From contig JAANOX010000018.1 in assembly GCA_020184695.1 (NCBI GenBank), positions 124,001 to 188,000 of the forward strand: a stretch of 64,000 bases of DNA, in the 5' to 3' direction. Positions within the stretch are counted from its first letter, which is position 1. Each line of letters opens with the position of its first letter. Under the pieces are notes generated by a model, which did no database searches, was not told where the DNA came from, and worked only from the letters and a program-made list of their open reading frames with translations. A program made the position numbers and the translations under genes. The DNA comes from Histomonas meleagridis 2922-C6/04-290x (Eukaryota > Protista > Parabasalia). This document shows positions 53,290 to 64,000 of the stretch, piece after piece.

Positions 53290-53871
53290 TAAAACAATGA
53301 ATTGTACAATTAGCTCAATTTGCTGATTACCTTTACATATGTGATCGAATTTTTTTTTCATTGTTGTTTTGTATTTAGGGTTAAGCAAACATTATGGTGC
53401 AAAGTACATAATGATAATCATCAATATTATATTGATAAAATAGAAAGTAAACAATCATGAAAACCATGGTAATAAATATCAACAATTATCAAAAGTTAAA
53501 AATATAACCAACGAAATTGAGGAATCTAAAAGGTAGACAAGCTCTGGGCCACACTAGTCACTTGATATCAGCTTATAAAATTTTTAAATTTTGAAGAATC
53601 AAAAAACATTAAGAAAATAAAATATGAATATGCATTTTAAGCAGCAGACAAACAGGAAGTTTCTAAGATCATTAAAATGACTTAAAAGAAAGAACAAAAA
53701 ATTTAAATCATATAATTGAGCACATTAAAAAACACTTAAAAATCAAAACAAATTCCTTTCATTTCTTATTTCCTTGTATATGTTGTCAAAAAAAAATCTG
53801 ATAACTGATATAATGAACTTTTTGACTTTAGAAATTATTTTCGTGATCAAACTTTTACTTAACTGAAAAAA

Positions 53872-54959
53872 TCAAACATAACGGTGACAATTTGGATTAC
53901 GTACGCCATCCCAAAACGTATCGTTTGCTGGTGGAACTTGTGCTGGCAAATCTTTGAATTGAACATCTGATGCAATGATTTCAATCGGATAAACAGGAAT
54001 TGACGAAAGCCTAAACAAGTATCCAATTCCAGACCAAAGTGCCATCATCGCTCTCCCAAGATTATAATTATATTTACCTTCTGCTTTTCCATTCTCGGTG
54101 ACTAAATATAACGAAATTGGTTTCTTTTCAATGGAGTCTGGGAACTCATGGTCTAAATGTGCGCCCATTGAATATTCATAACTTAGATCTCTTCCATCTA
54201 TTTGACTTGGCAAAAAACTTCTATATGTCGCTTCGAATTGATCAACATATCTTTGCTGTTCATCAGTTAGTGTTACATGAACATCCGCTTGAACCCACGC
54301 ATAATCACTCGAATTGAAATTTGGAAGATCGCGAGTGGTATTCATGGAACTTGCTTCGTATACAAATTTCGCAAACTCACATTCCATATATTCATAATCG
54401 CGATTGAAATATGTGGCTGTGGCTACAAAGATAAGATATGGTACTGATGAATTTGTCTTTTCTAATTTTTGCTGATATTGACTATAGCTTATAAGATGGT
54501 CGCCACCACCGGCTATACCGGCTTGTGTAGAGCCAGAAATAAAGATAGCATACATAATCCAGAAAACAGTAACAGCTGTTAAAATTAGACACAATGTCAT
54601 CATTGGACAGGATGTGTGATTGTTTCTACCGTAGTGTCTTTTTGATTTGCCACATGGTTCCAAGTAAAGATAAATTGGATAATATACAAAAAGAAAAACC
54701 ATGGCAAGATAAGTTAGCCAGTGAAATGCTTTTTCTGTTGATGTTACATCTAGAAAAGAAAGATCTGGATTATCATTTTTTACATTTTGATATTCCACAA
54801 AGAAAAAGAAATAAATGCAAAAGAAATGAATGGTAGATATTACCAGAAGGCAGGAACAAACAATAACTGCTGGTTTAGACACTTTTTCTTTGTCAATCTT
54901 ATCGCAAAAAGGTTCTGGTATGGTATTATAGTATACTGGTAGCTAAAAACGAATTACAT
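53872..54959 (-). CDS. Multi-pass membrane protein, start uncertain
   Basis: 336-aa frame with 3-4 TM helices and no in-frame ATG at its 5' end; nearest ATG (54959) is out of frame. Confidence 0.6.
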
Positions 54960-54975
54960 CGATAAAATCAAAAAA

Positions 54976-55048
54976 TGTACCACCCAGGACTCGAACCTGG
55001 AATCTCATGCTCCGTAGGCACACGCCTTATCCATTGGGCCAGTGGTAC
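54976..55048 (-). tRNA. tRNA-Arg(ACG)
   Basis: GTACCAC/GTGGTAC acceptor, CTACGGA anticodon loop, CCAGG-TTCGAGT-CCTGG T-arm, followed by TTTTT. Confidence 0.96.
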
Positions 55049-55456
55049 TGACGTATTATAAGAAAAGATCATTATAATAATTGTTATATGAATTCACTAT
55101 GTACTTTTATTTGAAAAAATTGGCGGGAAAAATTTTGAGAATTTTTCTCTTTGATTCAAACACCAATTTTTAAATTACTGATTTACCTATTAAAAATAGA
55201 AAATTTATTCATGGATCTGAACACTAGTGAATTATTTTAGCAAAAAAAAAAAAATATAATATTTCATTTTATATTTATAACTAATTTTCTTTTCCAATCT
55301 TATAAATAGATCATATTTTAATACCAGTGATTCAAAATCCATTGAATTCATTTCTATTCCAGATTTTTTTTGATTTGCTAATAGAAAAAACAAACCGCCA
55401 ATTCCCTAGAATTCAATGGGTATTTCGGTTAGGAGGCGGACACACAAGAATCCAAA

Positions 55457-58400
55457 ATGAGCAATTCCCAATTTCCAAATAGTACACAAGGAAATGCTCC
55501 TTTAGGCGTTAATTACCCACAACAAAATCAATTGAATCATGGGAATGTTTCAAGTTCACAAATTCAACCACCACTTTTTGGGCAAGCACATCAGCAAAGT
55601 TCACCAAACGTAATAATACAACCTTTTGTTAACCCTCAAACAAATCCACAGGCAAATCAAATCAAAATAAATACTGTACAACAACAACAAAATCCGAGTC
55701 AAATGGATCCTCAACTATTAAATCAACAACTTTTAACAATGGTACGACTAGCAAACTACATAAAGCAACAAGGTTCATCAAATGTAAGTCCAGAAATAAT
55801 TCAGCAATTTCAATTGTTATGTATGAATCCTTTATTATGTCAATACATAAATCAAATCAATAACAATAAACCACAGCCACAAGCAGCCAACAAACATGCA
55901 AGCACTAGAAGCACTGCAAGGGCAGGTACTATTTTTGATGAAATGATTGTTTCAGATGATGCAGATGTTGAAGCTGAGAATTATACATCGTCATCAGAGG
56001 CTGAATTCAGTGAATCCTCCGAAGAAGAAGAGGGTGAACATGATGGATCAGATGTACCTATTACTGAAAGTCATATTAAAATCCGAGAAAATCGGAAACA
56101 AACTCATGTTGACGAAAATGAAATATTCTTTAATGAAGAAGAAGATATAATCGAACCTCAAGCGCCAACGTTTGGAGCCGATCTTCTTGAGCATATGTAC
56201 ATGTCACGTTTTCATGATGGAGAAGTTCAATATCTTGTCAGATTCCAAGAAACTCCTCCAGGCCTATGCCAATGGGTTCCTGAGTATCTTCTTTCGATGG
56301 TGCCCAATGCAGAATTCCATCTTAATCGATTTTTGTCAGATCCAATATCTATTGATGAGATACCAGATCCAGACAAAAACAATATTCCTGTTGCTCATCG
56401 AAGAGAACATCCAGACGCACGGCCAGAGCTTCTCTTTCGTCTTACATATGACCAAACTGATCTTTTTTATTGGGATATTCCAGATGACGAAACCTTAGCA
56501 AGCTATTATTCGACCTTAATTGATTACGTAGAGGCAGATCCGACACCTCCAGAGGGCGAATTACCCGATCCGAGATCAAATGTGATAATTTCGAAAAAAG
56601 GCGAAACGATGCGTTCATACCAAATTGAAGGTCTCCGATGGCTTGTTGATTGTTGGCGTCAAGGACATGGCTCTGTATTAGCGGATGAAATGGGATTAGG
56701 AAAAACGATTGAATTATTATCTTTTTTATCTTATTTAAACCATTGTACCAAATGGGAAGGGCCATATCTGATAGTTATTCGATATAGTACCTTTAAACAG
56801 TGGTGTGATGAGATTCATAAATGGACAGATTTGGTTTGCATTCCATATATGGCTGATCCTGCACGACGAAAACTTATTCGTGATCATCAATTTTATGCTT
56901 TAGATGAATTAGGGAATATCATTCCAGGTCATTTAAAGTTCCATATCTTGTTAGTAACATATGAAATATTAATGAAAGATTATGAATTAATTAATACCAT
57001 TAATTGGAATGTTGTTGTCTTAGATGAAGGGCATCGAATAAAGAATAAAAATGGGAAAAAGAATCATATGTTAGCACAATTAAATTGTAAACATCGAATA
57101 ATATTAACAGGAACACCAATCCAAAGTTCATTAGAAGAACTATGGTCATTATTAAAATTTGTATCGCCGAATTGTTTTGAAGATGAACCGAATGAATTTA
57201 GTGAAGACATTGATAATTTACCTGAAGAAAAAGTCCTTGAAATTAAGCAAACTATTTCACAACATTTATTACGAAGGTCGATACTTGAAGTCGAACAAAG
57301 TATAGCACCTAAAGAAGAAAATGTTGTTTTTGTAACATTAACAGATGTACAAAAAGATTTAATTCGGTTAACACATTTACATAAGTTATGGAGATTAAGA
57401 GGGAAAAAAATGACAGAAGAAGATGACGCAACTAATGAAGGATTAGCAATCTTAAAGATATGTTCACATCCATTTTTAATACCAGAAGCGGAAGAATTTT
57501 ATACAAAGAAACTTAAATTAAAACGAGTCGATTTATTATTAGCTGTCTCTGCTAAGTTCCAATGGCTTGATAATGTATTACGCGTATTAAAAAGAGGTGG
57601 ACATAAAGTATTAATATTTAGCTTTCGAGTTGATTTATTAAAATTATTAAATGAATTTTGTACTTTAAGAGGTTATAATACGGAAATGTTAATCGGTTCA
57701 ATGGATGATAATGAAAGAAATTCATCAATCGAAAGATTTTCTTCAATCGATTCCGATTCGTTCATTTTCTTGATCTCTACACGTGCAGGTTCTGAAGGAT
57801 TAAATTTGACTGTTGCTGATACTGCAATTATATTTGATCCTGATTGGAATCCTCAAAATGATTTACAAGCACAAGCAAGATGTCATCGAATTGGTCAAAC
57901 GCAAAAAGTCGATGTTTTAAGATTAGTATCATATCAAACATATGAACATGAAATGTTTATACGTGCGCAACGTAAACTTGGATTATGGTTAACAATATTG
58001 GGATCCAAAGAAGAAGATAAAAATGTTGTCCAACATAATCATAGTAATGATGAATTCATGAATTATGAAGAGTTAAAGCCACCAGAAATCGAATTCATTA
58101 GTGATAATAATATTAATTTAAAAGAATTATTACCGAAAATTTCAACAGTTGTTTCAGATTTCTCAATTGATCGATTAGATTTTCTTGAACAACCATTAAA
58201 ACATGAAATTACTTATGATAATGATATATTAGATGATGAAGAATTTATAAATTCATTTCCACTTCAAGAAGATTTAGGTATTCGACGAAGTACATCACGA
58301 CCAAAGAATTATGAAAGTGAAAACTTTTCATTTGATTATGATACCATGGTTAAAATTTATGAGAAGATGAAATTATATGGTTATGGTGAATGGAATTTAA

Positions 58401-59740
58401 TTGCTTTAGATTTATCAATGCAAAATGAAGATGAAATTAGTTCATTTTGTATAGTTTTTATTATATTTTCATTTCGTGCATTAAATCCAGGCGAAATGTT
58501 TTATTTACCATATTTAATTAAATTAATATTACAAGAAGATAAAACTTTTAATATCGCAATGTTAGTAACTGAAGGTAAAACACGTTGGTCGAATGTTTTT
58601 CCTGAAGATACTGAATATTTTTTAGAAGTCGAATCATGTAAAAAGTTGAAAGATTTAATCTTTAAAAATGCGTTTGAATTTTTATCCATTTTAGAAATGA
58701 AATTAATTGCGAAGTATTGGCTACAATTTAATTCTCGTGAATCATTTGATATTAATTGGTTATCACCACCCGTAACACAAAAAGATAACGAATATTATCA
58801 ATCGATAATTGATAATGAAAAATTTGATCCATTTAATTTACGTGTTCAAGAAATTGTATCTAAATTAAACTCATTTCTAATTCATGCAAAACAAAATGAT
58901 AACGCTTATCAATTCTCTTTTTGGAACAGTATCGAATTCTCAGCGTTTTATTCCACGTGTACAAATTATATATTTAATACAACAGATATGGTAAACTTTC
59001 ATGAAAAAGCAGTGATTCCAACAAAATCCACTGATGAAGTCGAACAATTTTATATGAAATTCTTCGAATTAATTGAAAGTCATACAAAAGGACCATTAAC
59101 ATTACCGAAAACTATGCATAAAATGTCATTAGCACCTGAATGCTTTAATAATATGCGCGGATTTTCTACTTGGAAAACATTAACTTATCGGAAAATCAAA
59201 AACTTGAAAAATCGACATATTTTAATCAATAGAATTAACCAAAAAATTCAGGAAATCCCTGATATGCCTGAGACGCCTGAATGGAGTGATTATCATAATA
59301 AAAAATATTTGGAATTAGTAATAAAATATGGAATTGATAGTATGACCGATTTATTAATCGATCAAAGATTCGGATTCGAACAATTCGTTTCTCCTTCAGA
59401 TATGGCGTATATTACTGGTAAGAAGAAACGACGAAATTTGGCGTTGTCAAGATTACCTGAGTACGTATTCAATGAGGAACTTTTATATGAATACGTAACA
59501 GGCGAAAAAGGTATTAAAGAAGAGAAAAAAGCAAAAAAGCCAATGAAATATAATAAAAGTAATAAATTCGATTCGGATTATGTGGTTAATGAAGATGAAA
59601 ATGATGATGATAATGATGACCAATTCATGGGAATTAGAACAAGAAAAAGAAAAACAGAAATAAAATCGGATATATATGAGATGGAAGATGACAAAACTTT
59701 CTCTGATGATGATGACGATGATAAAGATTTTGAAATGTAA
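55457..59740 (+). CDS. CHD-family SNF2 chromatin remodeller
   Basis: Chromodomain-like YLVRFQE..QWVPE; LADEMGLGKT, DEGHRIKN, LTGTPIQ, DWNPQNDLQAQARCHRIGQ; Q/N-rich N-terminus. Confidence 0.92.
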   Translation: MSNSQFPNSTQGNAPLGVNYPQQNQLNHGNVSSSQIQPPLFGQAHQQSSPNVIIQPFVNPQTNPQANQIKINTVQQQQNPSQMDPQLLNQQLLTMVRLANYIKQQGSSNVSPEIIQQFQLLCMNPLLCQYINQINNNKPQPQAANKHASTRSTARAGTIFDEMIVSDDADVEAENYTSSSEAEFSESSEEEEGEHDGSDVPITESHIKIRENRKQTHVDENEIFFNEEEDIIEPQAPTFGADLLEHMYMSRFHDGEVQYLVRFQETPPGLCQWVPEYLLSMVPNAEFHLNRFLSDPISIDEIPDPDKNNIPVAHRREHPDARPELLFRLTYDQTDLFYWDIPDDETLASYYSTLIDYVEADPTPPEGELPDPRSNVIISKKGETMRSYQIEGLRWLVDCWRQGHGSVLADEMGLGKTIELLSFLSYLNHCTKWEGPYLIVIRYSTFKQWCDEIHKWTDLVCIPYMADPARRKLIRDHQFYALDELGNIIPGHLKFHILLVTYEILMKDYELINTINWNVVVLDEGHRIKNKNGKKNHMLAQLNCKHRIILTGTPIQSSLEELWSLLKFVSPNCFEDEPNEFSEDIDNLPEEKVLEIKQTISQHLLRRSILEVEQSIAPKEENVVFVTLTDVQKDLIRLTHLHKLWRLRGKKMTEEDDATNEGLAILKICSHPFLIPEAEEFYTKKLKLKRVDLLLAVSAKFQWLDNVLRVLKRGGHKVLIFSFRVDLLKLLNEFCTLRGYNTEMLIGSMDDNERNSSIERFSSIDSDSFIFLISTRAGSEGLNLTVADTAIIFDPDWNPQNDLQAQARCHRIGQTQKVDVLRLVSYQTYEHEMFIRAQRKLGLWLTILGSKEEDKNVVQHNHSNDEFMNYEELKPPEIEFISDNNINLKELLPKISTVVSDFSIDRLDFLEQPLKHEITYDNDILDDEEFINSFPLQEDLGIRRSTSRPKNYESENFSFDYDTMVKIYEKMKLYGYGEWNLIALDLSMQNEDEISSFCIVFIIFSFRALNPGEMFYLPYLIKLILQEDKTFNIAMLVTEGKTRWSNVFPEDTEYFLEVESCKKLKDLIFKNAFEFLSILEMKLIAKYWLQFNSRESFDINWLSPPVTQKDNEYYQSIIDNEKFDPFNLRVQEIVSKLNSFLIHAKQNDNAYQFSFWNSIEFSAFYSTCTNYIFNTTDMVNFHEKAVIPTKSTDEVEQFYMKFFELIESHTKGPLTLPKTMHKMSLAPECFNNMRGFSTWKTLTYRKIKNLKNRHILINRINQKIQEIPDMPETPEWSDYHNKKYLELVIKYGIDSMTDLLIDQRFGFEQFVSPSDMAYITGKKKRRNLALSRLPEYVFNEELLYEYVTGEKGIKEEKKAKKPMKYNKSNKFDSDYVVNEDENDDDNDDQFMGIRTRKRKTEIKSDIYEMEDDKTFSDDDDDDKDFEM

Positions 59741-59850
59741 TGTGTTCTATCATTTATTTATAAATAAAAAATAATATTTTTTTATGAATAAAATAATTTT
59801 TTTTTATTTAGTGAATATCCACTAAAAAGAAAAAATTCGTAGTTCCGAAG

Positions 59851-60442
59851 TTAACATATATCACACGCTTCTTTATTGGCATCCTTTTTAGGTTTAGGTT
59901 TCTTCTCTTCACTGACGCTTTCTTCTCTTTCCTTGCGCTCTTTTATAACTTTTGCTGCTTTAAGAAACGTTTCATTGATATTTAGACCTGATTTGCTTGA
60001 AACATCGAACAGAGGAAGGTTGTACTTTTCTTTGAATTTAAAAACATCGTCTTGTGAAACAACTTTTTCTTGATCACAATTGTTCCCAATGAGGAAAAGA
60101 TCTGCATGATCTTCATTAACTTTCTATTATTGAATCCATCCAATCACTTACCATTTTGAAGGAATGTGCATTCGTATAGTCAAATGTTAAAAAGAGTCCA
60201 TCTGCACCTCTTATGAAAGTGTACGTAATATTCAAATATTGTTCTTGTCCATCAGAATTCCATGCTTGCAAATTGATTGGTCTTTCATCAATGGTCGTTC
60301 GTTTCACCTTGAAATCTAAACCAATAGTAGATAAGAAATTTTCATTAAGTCGTTCTCCAAAGAATTGTGTTATTATTTCATTTTTCCCGACAGATGTATC
60401 ACCAATAAACAAGATTTTAATAACGAGTTCTGGTTTTTCCAT
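59851..60442 (-). pseudogene. Divergent Rab GTPase with a 1-nt frameshift near 60119 (pseudogene or assembly error)
   Basis: GDTSVGK, TIGLDF, WNSDGQE; a second frame continues LIGNNCD, DVSSKSG and ends ACDIC*. Confidence 0.75.
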
Positions 60443-60539
60443 GTTGATGGGTTGTCTTTTTGTGCAGAAATGACATTTTACATATTGACAGTCTTTGTTT
60501 GACAAATATTTCTTAGCAATTTCCAAATACGTTAGGTAA

Positions 60540-63083
60540 ATGCATGACTCGCTTCCACCAATTTCAGAGTCTGTAGTACCTATTTCGGTTGATTTAACAA
60601 CTGCAGTTGATCCATTTTCTAATGCAATATCTTCTGCCCTTAGTTATCGTTTTTCTAACCTTTTCCCAGTTAATTATCCATTACCAACGATTATTCCAAA
60701 GGAAGATAGAATTGATCAATTTTATGAATCAAATGAAATTGAACCACATGAAGAAATTCTAACACCAGAATATAAAGAATTTTTATCAAAAGTTGATGAT
60801 TTTCTTATCCAATTTTTTAAAGAATATCCATTTCGTCTTCATGTATTTTTAACAGCTGAAAATGAAAATGGTGCCATGTATTTTCTATCATCATTTATTC
60901 GCCCTTCAGTTTTACCAATTATTGAAACATCAAATGTTAATCTTGCAGCATCATTTGTTGCAGATATTTGTGACTACCAAATTTTATATGACTTTTTTTC
61001 ACCGCCACGTTGTATTACAACACCAAATTTCACAATTTCTTCCCAAATTGGTGATTGCTATGATCTTTCTGTTCTCCTTACCACCACACTCACTGGCATT
61101 GGTTATGATGCTTTTGTTATAGTTGGATATGCCAATCGTGAATTAACGTTTTCAGATCTTCGTTATAAAAAATGTCCTGGGATCATACGTAACGAAGAAA
61201 AAGAAGACACTAACAAAATCCCTAAGAATAAATACCTTGAGAAAGTTATAAACAGAGTTCTGGACCTTCGCTCAAAGTTTGACTATAAAACGGAGCACCC
61301 CGAACCCGCCCCAACACCACATCAACCAGATCCCATTCCACCACCAGATGAATATGAAGGTAAGCGAATTTTCTCATGGGTAATGGTTAAATCAGCAAGA
61401 GTTGAACTTCCAAATACAGTTTTTATTGATTGTTCAACAGGTGATCAATATCCTTTAGATTCCCCATTATTTGGTTATATTGAACTTGCTTTTAACCACC
61501 AAAATGTGTGGATTAATTTACAGGATATTGATGCACCTAAAAATGATGATACATTAAATTTTGAAGAAACAAATTTATGGAAACCTGTTATTTCTGAAAC
61601 ACTTAAAATGCCATCACCAGTTATAAAAAGATTACAAGTTCCTGAAAAACTTATTTTCCAAAAATATCCAAAAGGTGAAAAAAAACTTTTATGGCAAGAT
61701 ACACTTGAAGAAAGATACGCTGCATATACAAGGCCTGATGGCTTAGTTAAACGCTTTTTTATCTTTCAATCATCATTATCTGATATTTATGAAGTTCGAG
61801 AAGAATTTGCATCTTTAAGACAATCATTAGTCGAGCGAAGAATTTTTATAAAAGAAGAAGAAATGTATGAAAGGTTTGAATCTGGTAATAAATCCTCGAT
61901 TTGTACACATAAAATGAAACATAATCAATATCGATTATTAGAATTTGATTCTAGTCAAAGACTTGACAAGTTAATTTCACGTTATGAATTATTTGGGCAA
62001 AAGATTGTCGAAAAATTTGGTGATCGAGATGATGGGCTTTATGAAAGAAAAATTTGCATCATAACCGATAGCAACCCCACATCAAAAGAAATTCTATATG
62101 AGGGTGGCCCGTATATTGAAAGGATTACGCAAAAGTACCGGCCATCGTCACAAGTACCATTTTCATATACAAAAACATATGCACTTGAACAAAACTTTTA
62201 TAAAGTATACTTTGATTTTGTTAATCATATTATGGGTGTTGTATATCATCATCAACCAGGTCGTATCACTAATTTTAGTATTGAATATCGAAAAGAAAAT
62301 GAAAATGACAATTATTATATAGCTGATCCATCGAAATTTTATCCTAATCCTCCTGAAATTGATCAATGGTATATTGATCAAACACAAAACAAATTATTAG
62401 AAATCTGTAAATTAAGTAAAAAAGATTCCAAGAAAATAGCAGAAGAAATAGTTCAATGGATCCAATTTAGAACAGAAGAAGAAAGTCGTCCATACTTAAA
62501 GATGAAAAGTATTGATGTTGCATTACATCGTAAACTTTATTCTATGAAAGATCAAACGGGTGTAATGGTTGATCAGCCACCGCCAGAGCCTAAATCGGAA
62601 AGTGATGATTTAGATGAGAAGAATCGATATCAATTATCGATTAATGATCCATTATCAGTTTACTTCCCTGTTGAACAAGTAGAAATGAATGAAGAAATAG
62701 CTAAAGATATATTTAATAAAGCAATCGAAGCATTGAAGCTAAGGCTACATGAAGAACATGAATTATTACAAAATAGATTAAATCAAGAAATAGCGGCGTT
62801 GAAGAAAAAGGTGTTGGAATTCGAAATGGATCAACATCAATCGATGTCTAAGAAACAAAGTGATGAACATCAAGAGTTTTGTAATAAGAAAACATTTTTG
62901 ATTTCTGTTCTACAAAAGAGATTAAAAAGATTCGAAGCTACAGCAGCAAGAAAATTATTCGATTTAATGAAAAATTTGAAAAATCATCCAAAGTTAATGC
63001 CATTCTTGGGTGGTACTGATTTAACTATGGAACAAGTTGACGAGAAAATTAAAGAAATGCAGAATATAGATAAAAAAGATTAA
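60540..63083 (+). CDS. DRC7: Dynein regulatory complex subunit 7 (CCDC135)
   Basis: GDCYDLSVLLTTTLTGIGYDAFVIVGYA transglutaminase-like motif; YAAYTRPDGLV; C-terminal RLKRFE..A coiled coil. Confidence 0.85.
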   Translation: MHDSLPPISESVVPISVDLTTAVDPFSNAISSALSYRFSNLFPVNYPLPTIIPKEDRIDQFYESNEIEPHEEILTPEYKEFLSKVDDFLIQFFKEYPFRLHVFLTAENENGAMYFLSSFIRPSVLPIIETSNVNLAASFVADICDYQILYDFFSPPRCITTPNFTISSQIGDCYDLSVLLTTTLTGIGYDAFVIVGYANRELTFSDLRYKKCPGIIRNEEKEDTNKIPKNKYLEKVINRVLDLRSKFDYKTEHPEPAPTPHQPDPIPPPDEYEGKRIFSWVMVKSARVELPNTVFIDCSTGDQYPLDSPLFGYIELAFNHQNVWINLQDIDAPKNDDTLNFEETNLWKPVISETLKMPSPVIKRLQVPEKLIFQKYPKGEKKLLWQDTLEERYAAYTRPDGLVKRFFIFQSSLSDIYEVREEFASLRQSLVERRIFIKEEEMYERFESGNKSSICTHKMKHNQYRLLEFDSSQRLDKLISRYELFGQKIVEKFGDRDDGLYERKICIITDSNPTSKEILYEGGPYIERITQKYRPSSQVPFSYTKTYALEQNFYKVYFDFVNHIMGVVYHHQPGRITNFSIEYRKENENDNYYIADPSKFYPNPPEIDQWYIDQTQNKLLEICKLSKKDSKKIAEEIVQWIQFRTEEESRPYLKMKSIDVALHRKLYSMKDQTGVMVDQPPPEPKSESDDLDEKNRYQLSINDPLSVYFPVEQVEMNEEIAKDIFNKAIEALKLRLHEEHELLQNRLNQEIAALKKKVLEFEMDQHQSMSKKQSDEHQEFCNKKTFLISVLQKRLKRFEATAARKLFDLMKNLKNHPKLMPFLGGTDLTMEQVDEKIKEMQNIDKKD

Positions 63084-63095
63084 TAAAAAATTTAT

Positions 63096-63458
63096 TCATG
63101 CAACAATATTTTCTGAAAGTTCTTGAAGTTGTCTAGAACAAAATCTATCTGCAAGATAATCTATAAGAATTTTGATACATTCGACATGATCTTGAGGATT
63201 AATTTGATTAAAAATTTGTATAATCGTTTTCATATATAATCTATAATCACTGGTTGAGGTTGGTTCGAATTCAAGGGGATTTATTATTTTATTTTCATCT
63301 GTTTCTATGAAATCTTCAAGAAGATCTAATGATAAATTTAAATTACTCATTTGAATTTTATCATTTATGTATTGATCATCACTTCGTCTAACTACAATTT
63401 TATCATCTGGCTCTGTATTTTGTTTATTTCCTACTTCTTCTATATCAAAATCGTCCAT
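63096..63458 (-). CDS. Hypothetical protein
   Basis: 120-aa ATG ORF. Confidence 0.5.
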   Translation of the reverse strand: MDDFDIEEVGNKQNTEPDDKIVVRRSDDQYINDKIQMSNLNLSLDLLEDFIETDENKIINPLEFEPTSTSDYRLYMKTIIQIFNQINPQDHVECIKILIDYLADRFCSRQLQELSENIVA

Positions 63459-63527
63459 TTAAAATCTTGAAATTATTGGCCAAGAATCAAAAAATATTTG
63501 TCAAAGAAATTTGAATTGTTTTATGAA

Positions 63528-64000
63528 ATGCCACACTCTTCCATGGATCAATCTCAAATCTTTTCAGATGATCTAATTGCAGGAAGAGCTATACAGCAAA
63601 TTGTTGATTGCGCTACAAAGGACAATAATTCTTTGTCTTTTTTTAGTGTGGTTGGTTCAAATATTGAACCAAAATATTATCAATGTTCAGAACAAGAAGA
63701 TATGTATACAATAACAGAAAATGCTCAATTTCCAGATGAAGTAAATTATCATTACGCTTCATCTTCAAAATGTGCAGATATTGGTTGCCTTCCAAAAATA
63801 GACAGATTTTATTCTATTCTTGACAATAAAATTATCTTTTGGAGAACAAATGGAATTCCTACATATGAAAGCATCACTGTTGAAGAAGAAACAATTACTT
63901 CTGTGTGTACAATTATTGCACCAAGAGAATATTATCCTAAATCAGTTTCATCTCTAGTAGTTATAGGGACGCCTTCGTTTATTAAATTATTTCCAATAGC
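63528..64000 (+). CDS. NUP155: Nucleoporin Nup155/Nup170 N-terminus (runs off the window)
   Basis: My translation: IGCLPKIDRFYSILDNKIIFW..ETITSVCTI..LVVIGTPSFIKLF parallels Nup155 [35 protein letters not shown]. Confidence 0.65.
   Translation, partial: MPHSSMDQSQIFSDDLIAGRAIQQIVDCATKDNNSLSFFSVVGSNIEPKYYQCSEQEDMYTITENAQFPDEVNYHYASSSKCADIGCLPKIDRFYSILDNKIIFWRTNGIPTYESITVEEETITSVCTIIAPREYYPKSVSSLVVIGTPSFIKLFPI

Overview
AT-rich, gene-dense eukaryotic DNA, most likely from a parabasalid (Trichomonas/Tritrichomonas/Histomonas type). The assignment rests on BspA-like LRR surface genes, DUF3447-type ankyrin genes, Inr-like TCACTT motifs near start codons and flagellar genes (DRC7, CFAP100-like). 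The window holds about 30 mostly uninterrupted genes (RING, RRP1, ADA2, syntaxin-5, serpin, a bacterial-type DUF1846, Hsp70, Hsp110, RasGAP, RasGEF, exportin-1-like, TBC, Polo kinase, POP1, PCNA, CHD, Rab, DRC7, Nup155 5' end), two tRNA genes (Phe-GAA, Arg-ACG) and several decayed surface-protein genes. Main discovery: three ankyrin-repeat genes (20371-21852 -, 22553-24343 +, 42687-45570 -) look frameshifted, but each is interrupted only in the beta-hairpin loop of its repeats by stacked T-rich elements that mostly lack GT-AG ends. Of 56 elements parsed by hand, 51 are exactly 17 nt, four are 18 nt and one is 22 nt, and they are often separated by single codons. Removing them restores continuous ORFs of 441, 556 and 732 aa with canonical D-x-x-G-x-T-A/P-L loops. 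A decayed orphan copy lies at about 8655-8841. This points to an ultra-short non-canonical intron, RNA/ribosome skipping or DNA excision system that I do not recognise from known biology. The mechanism is inferred, not shown.
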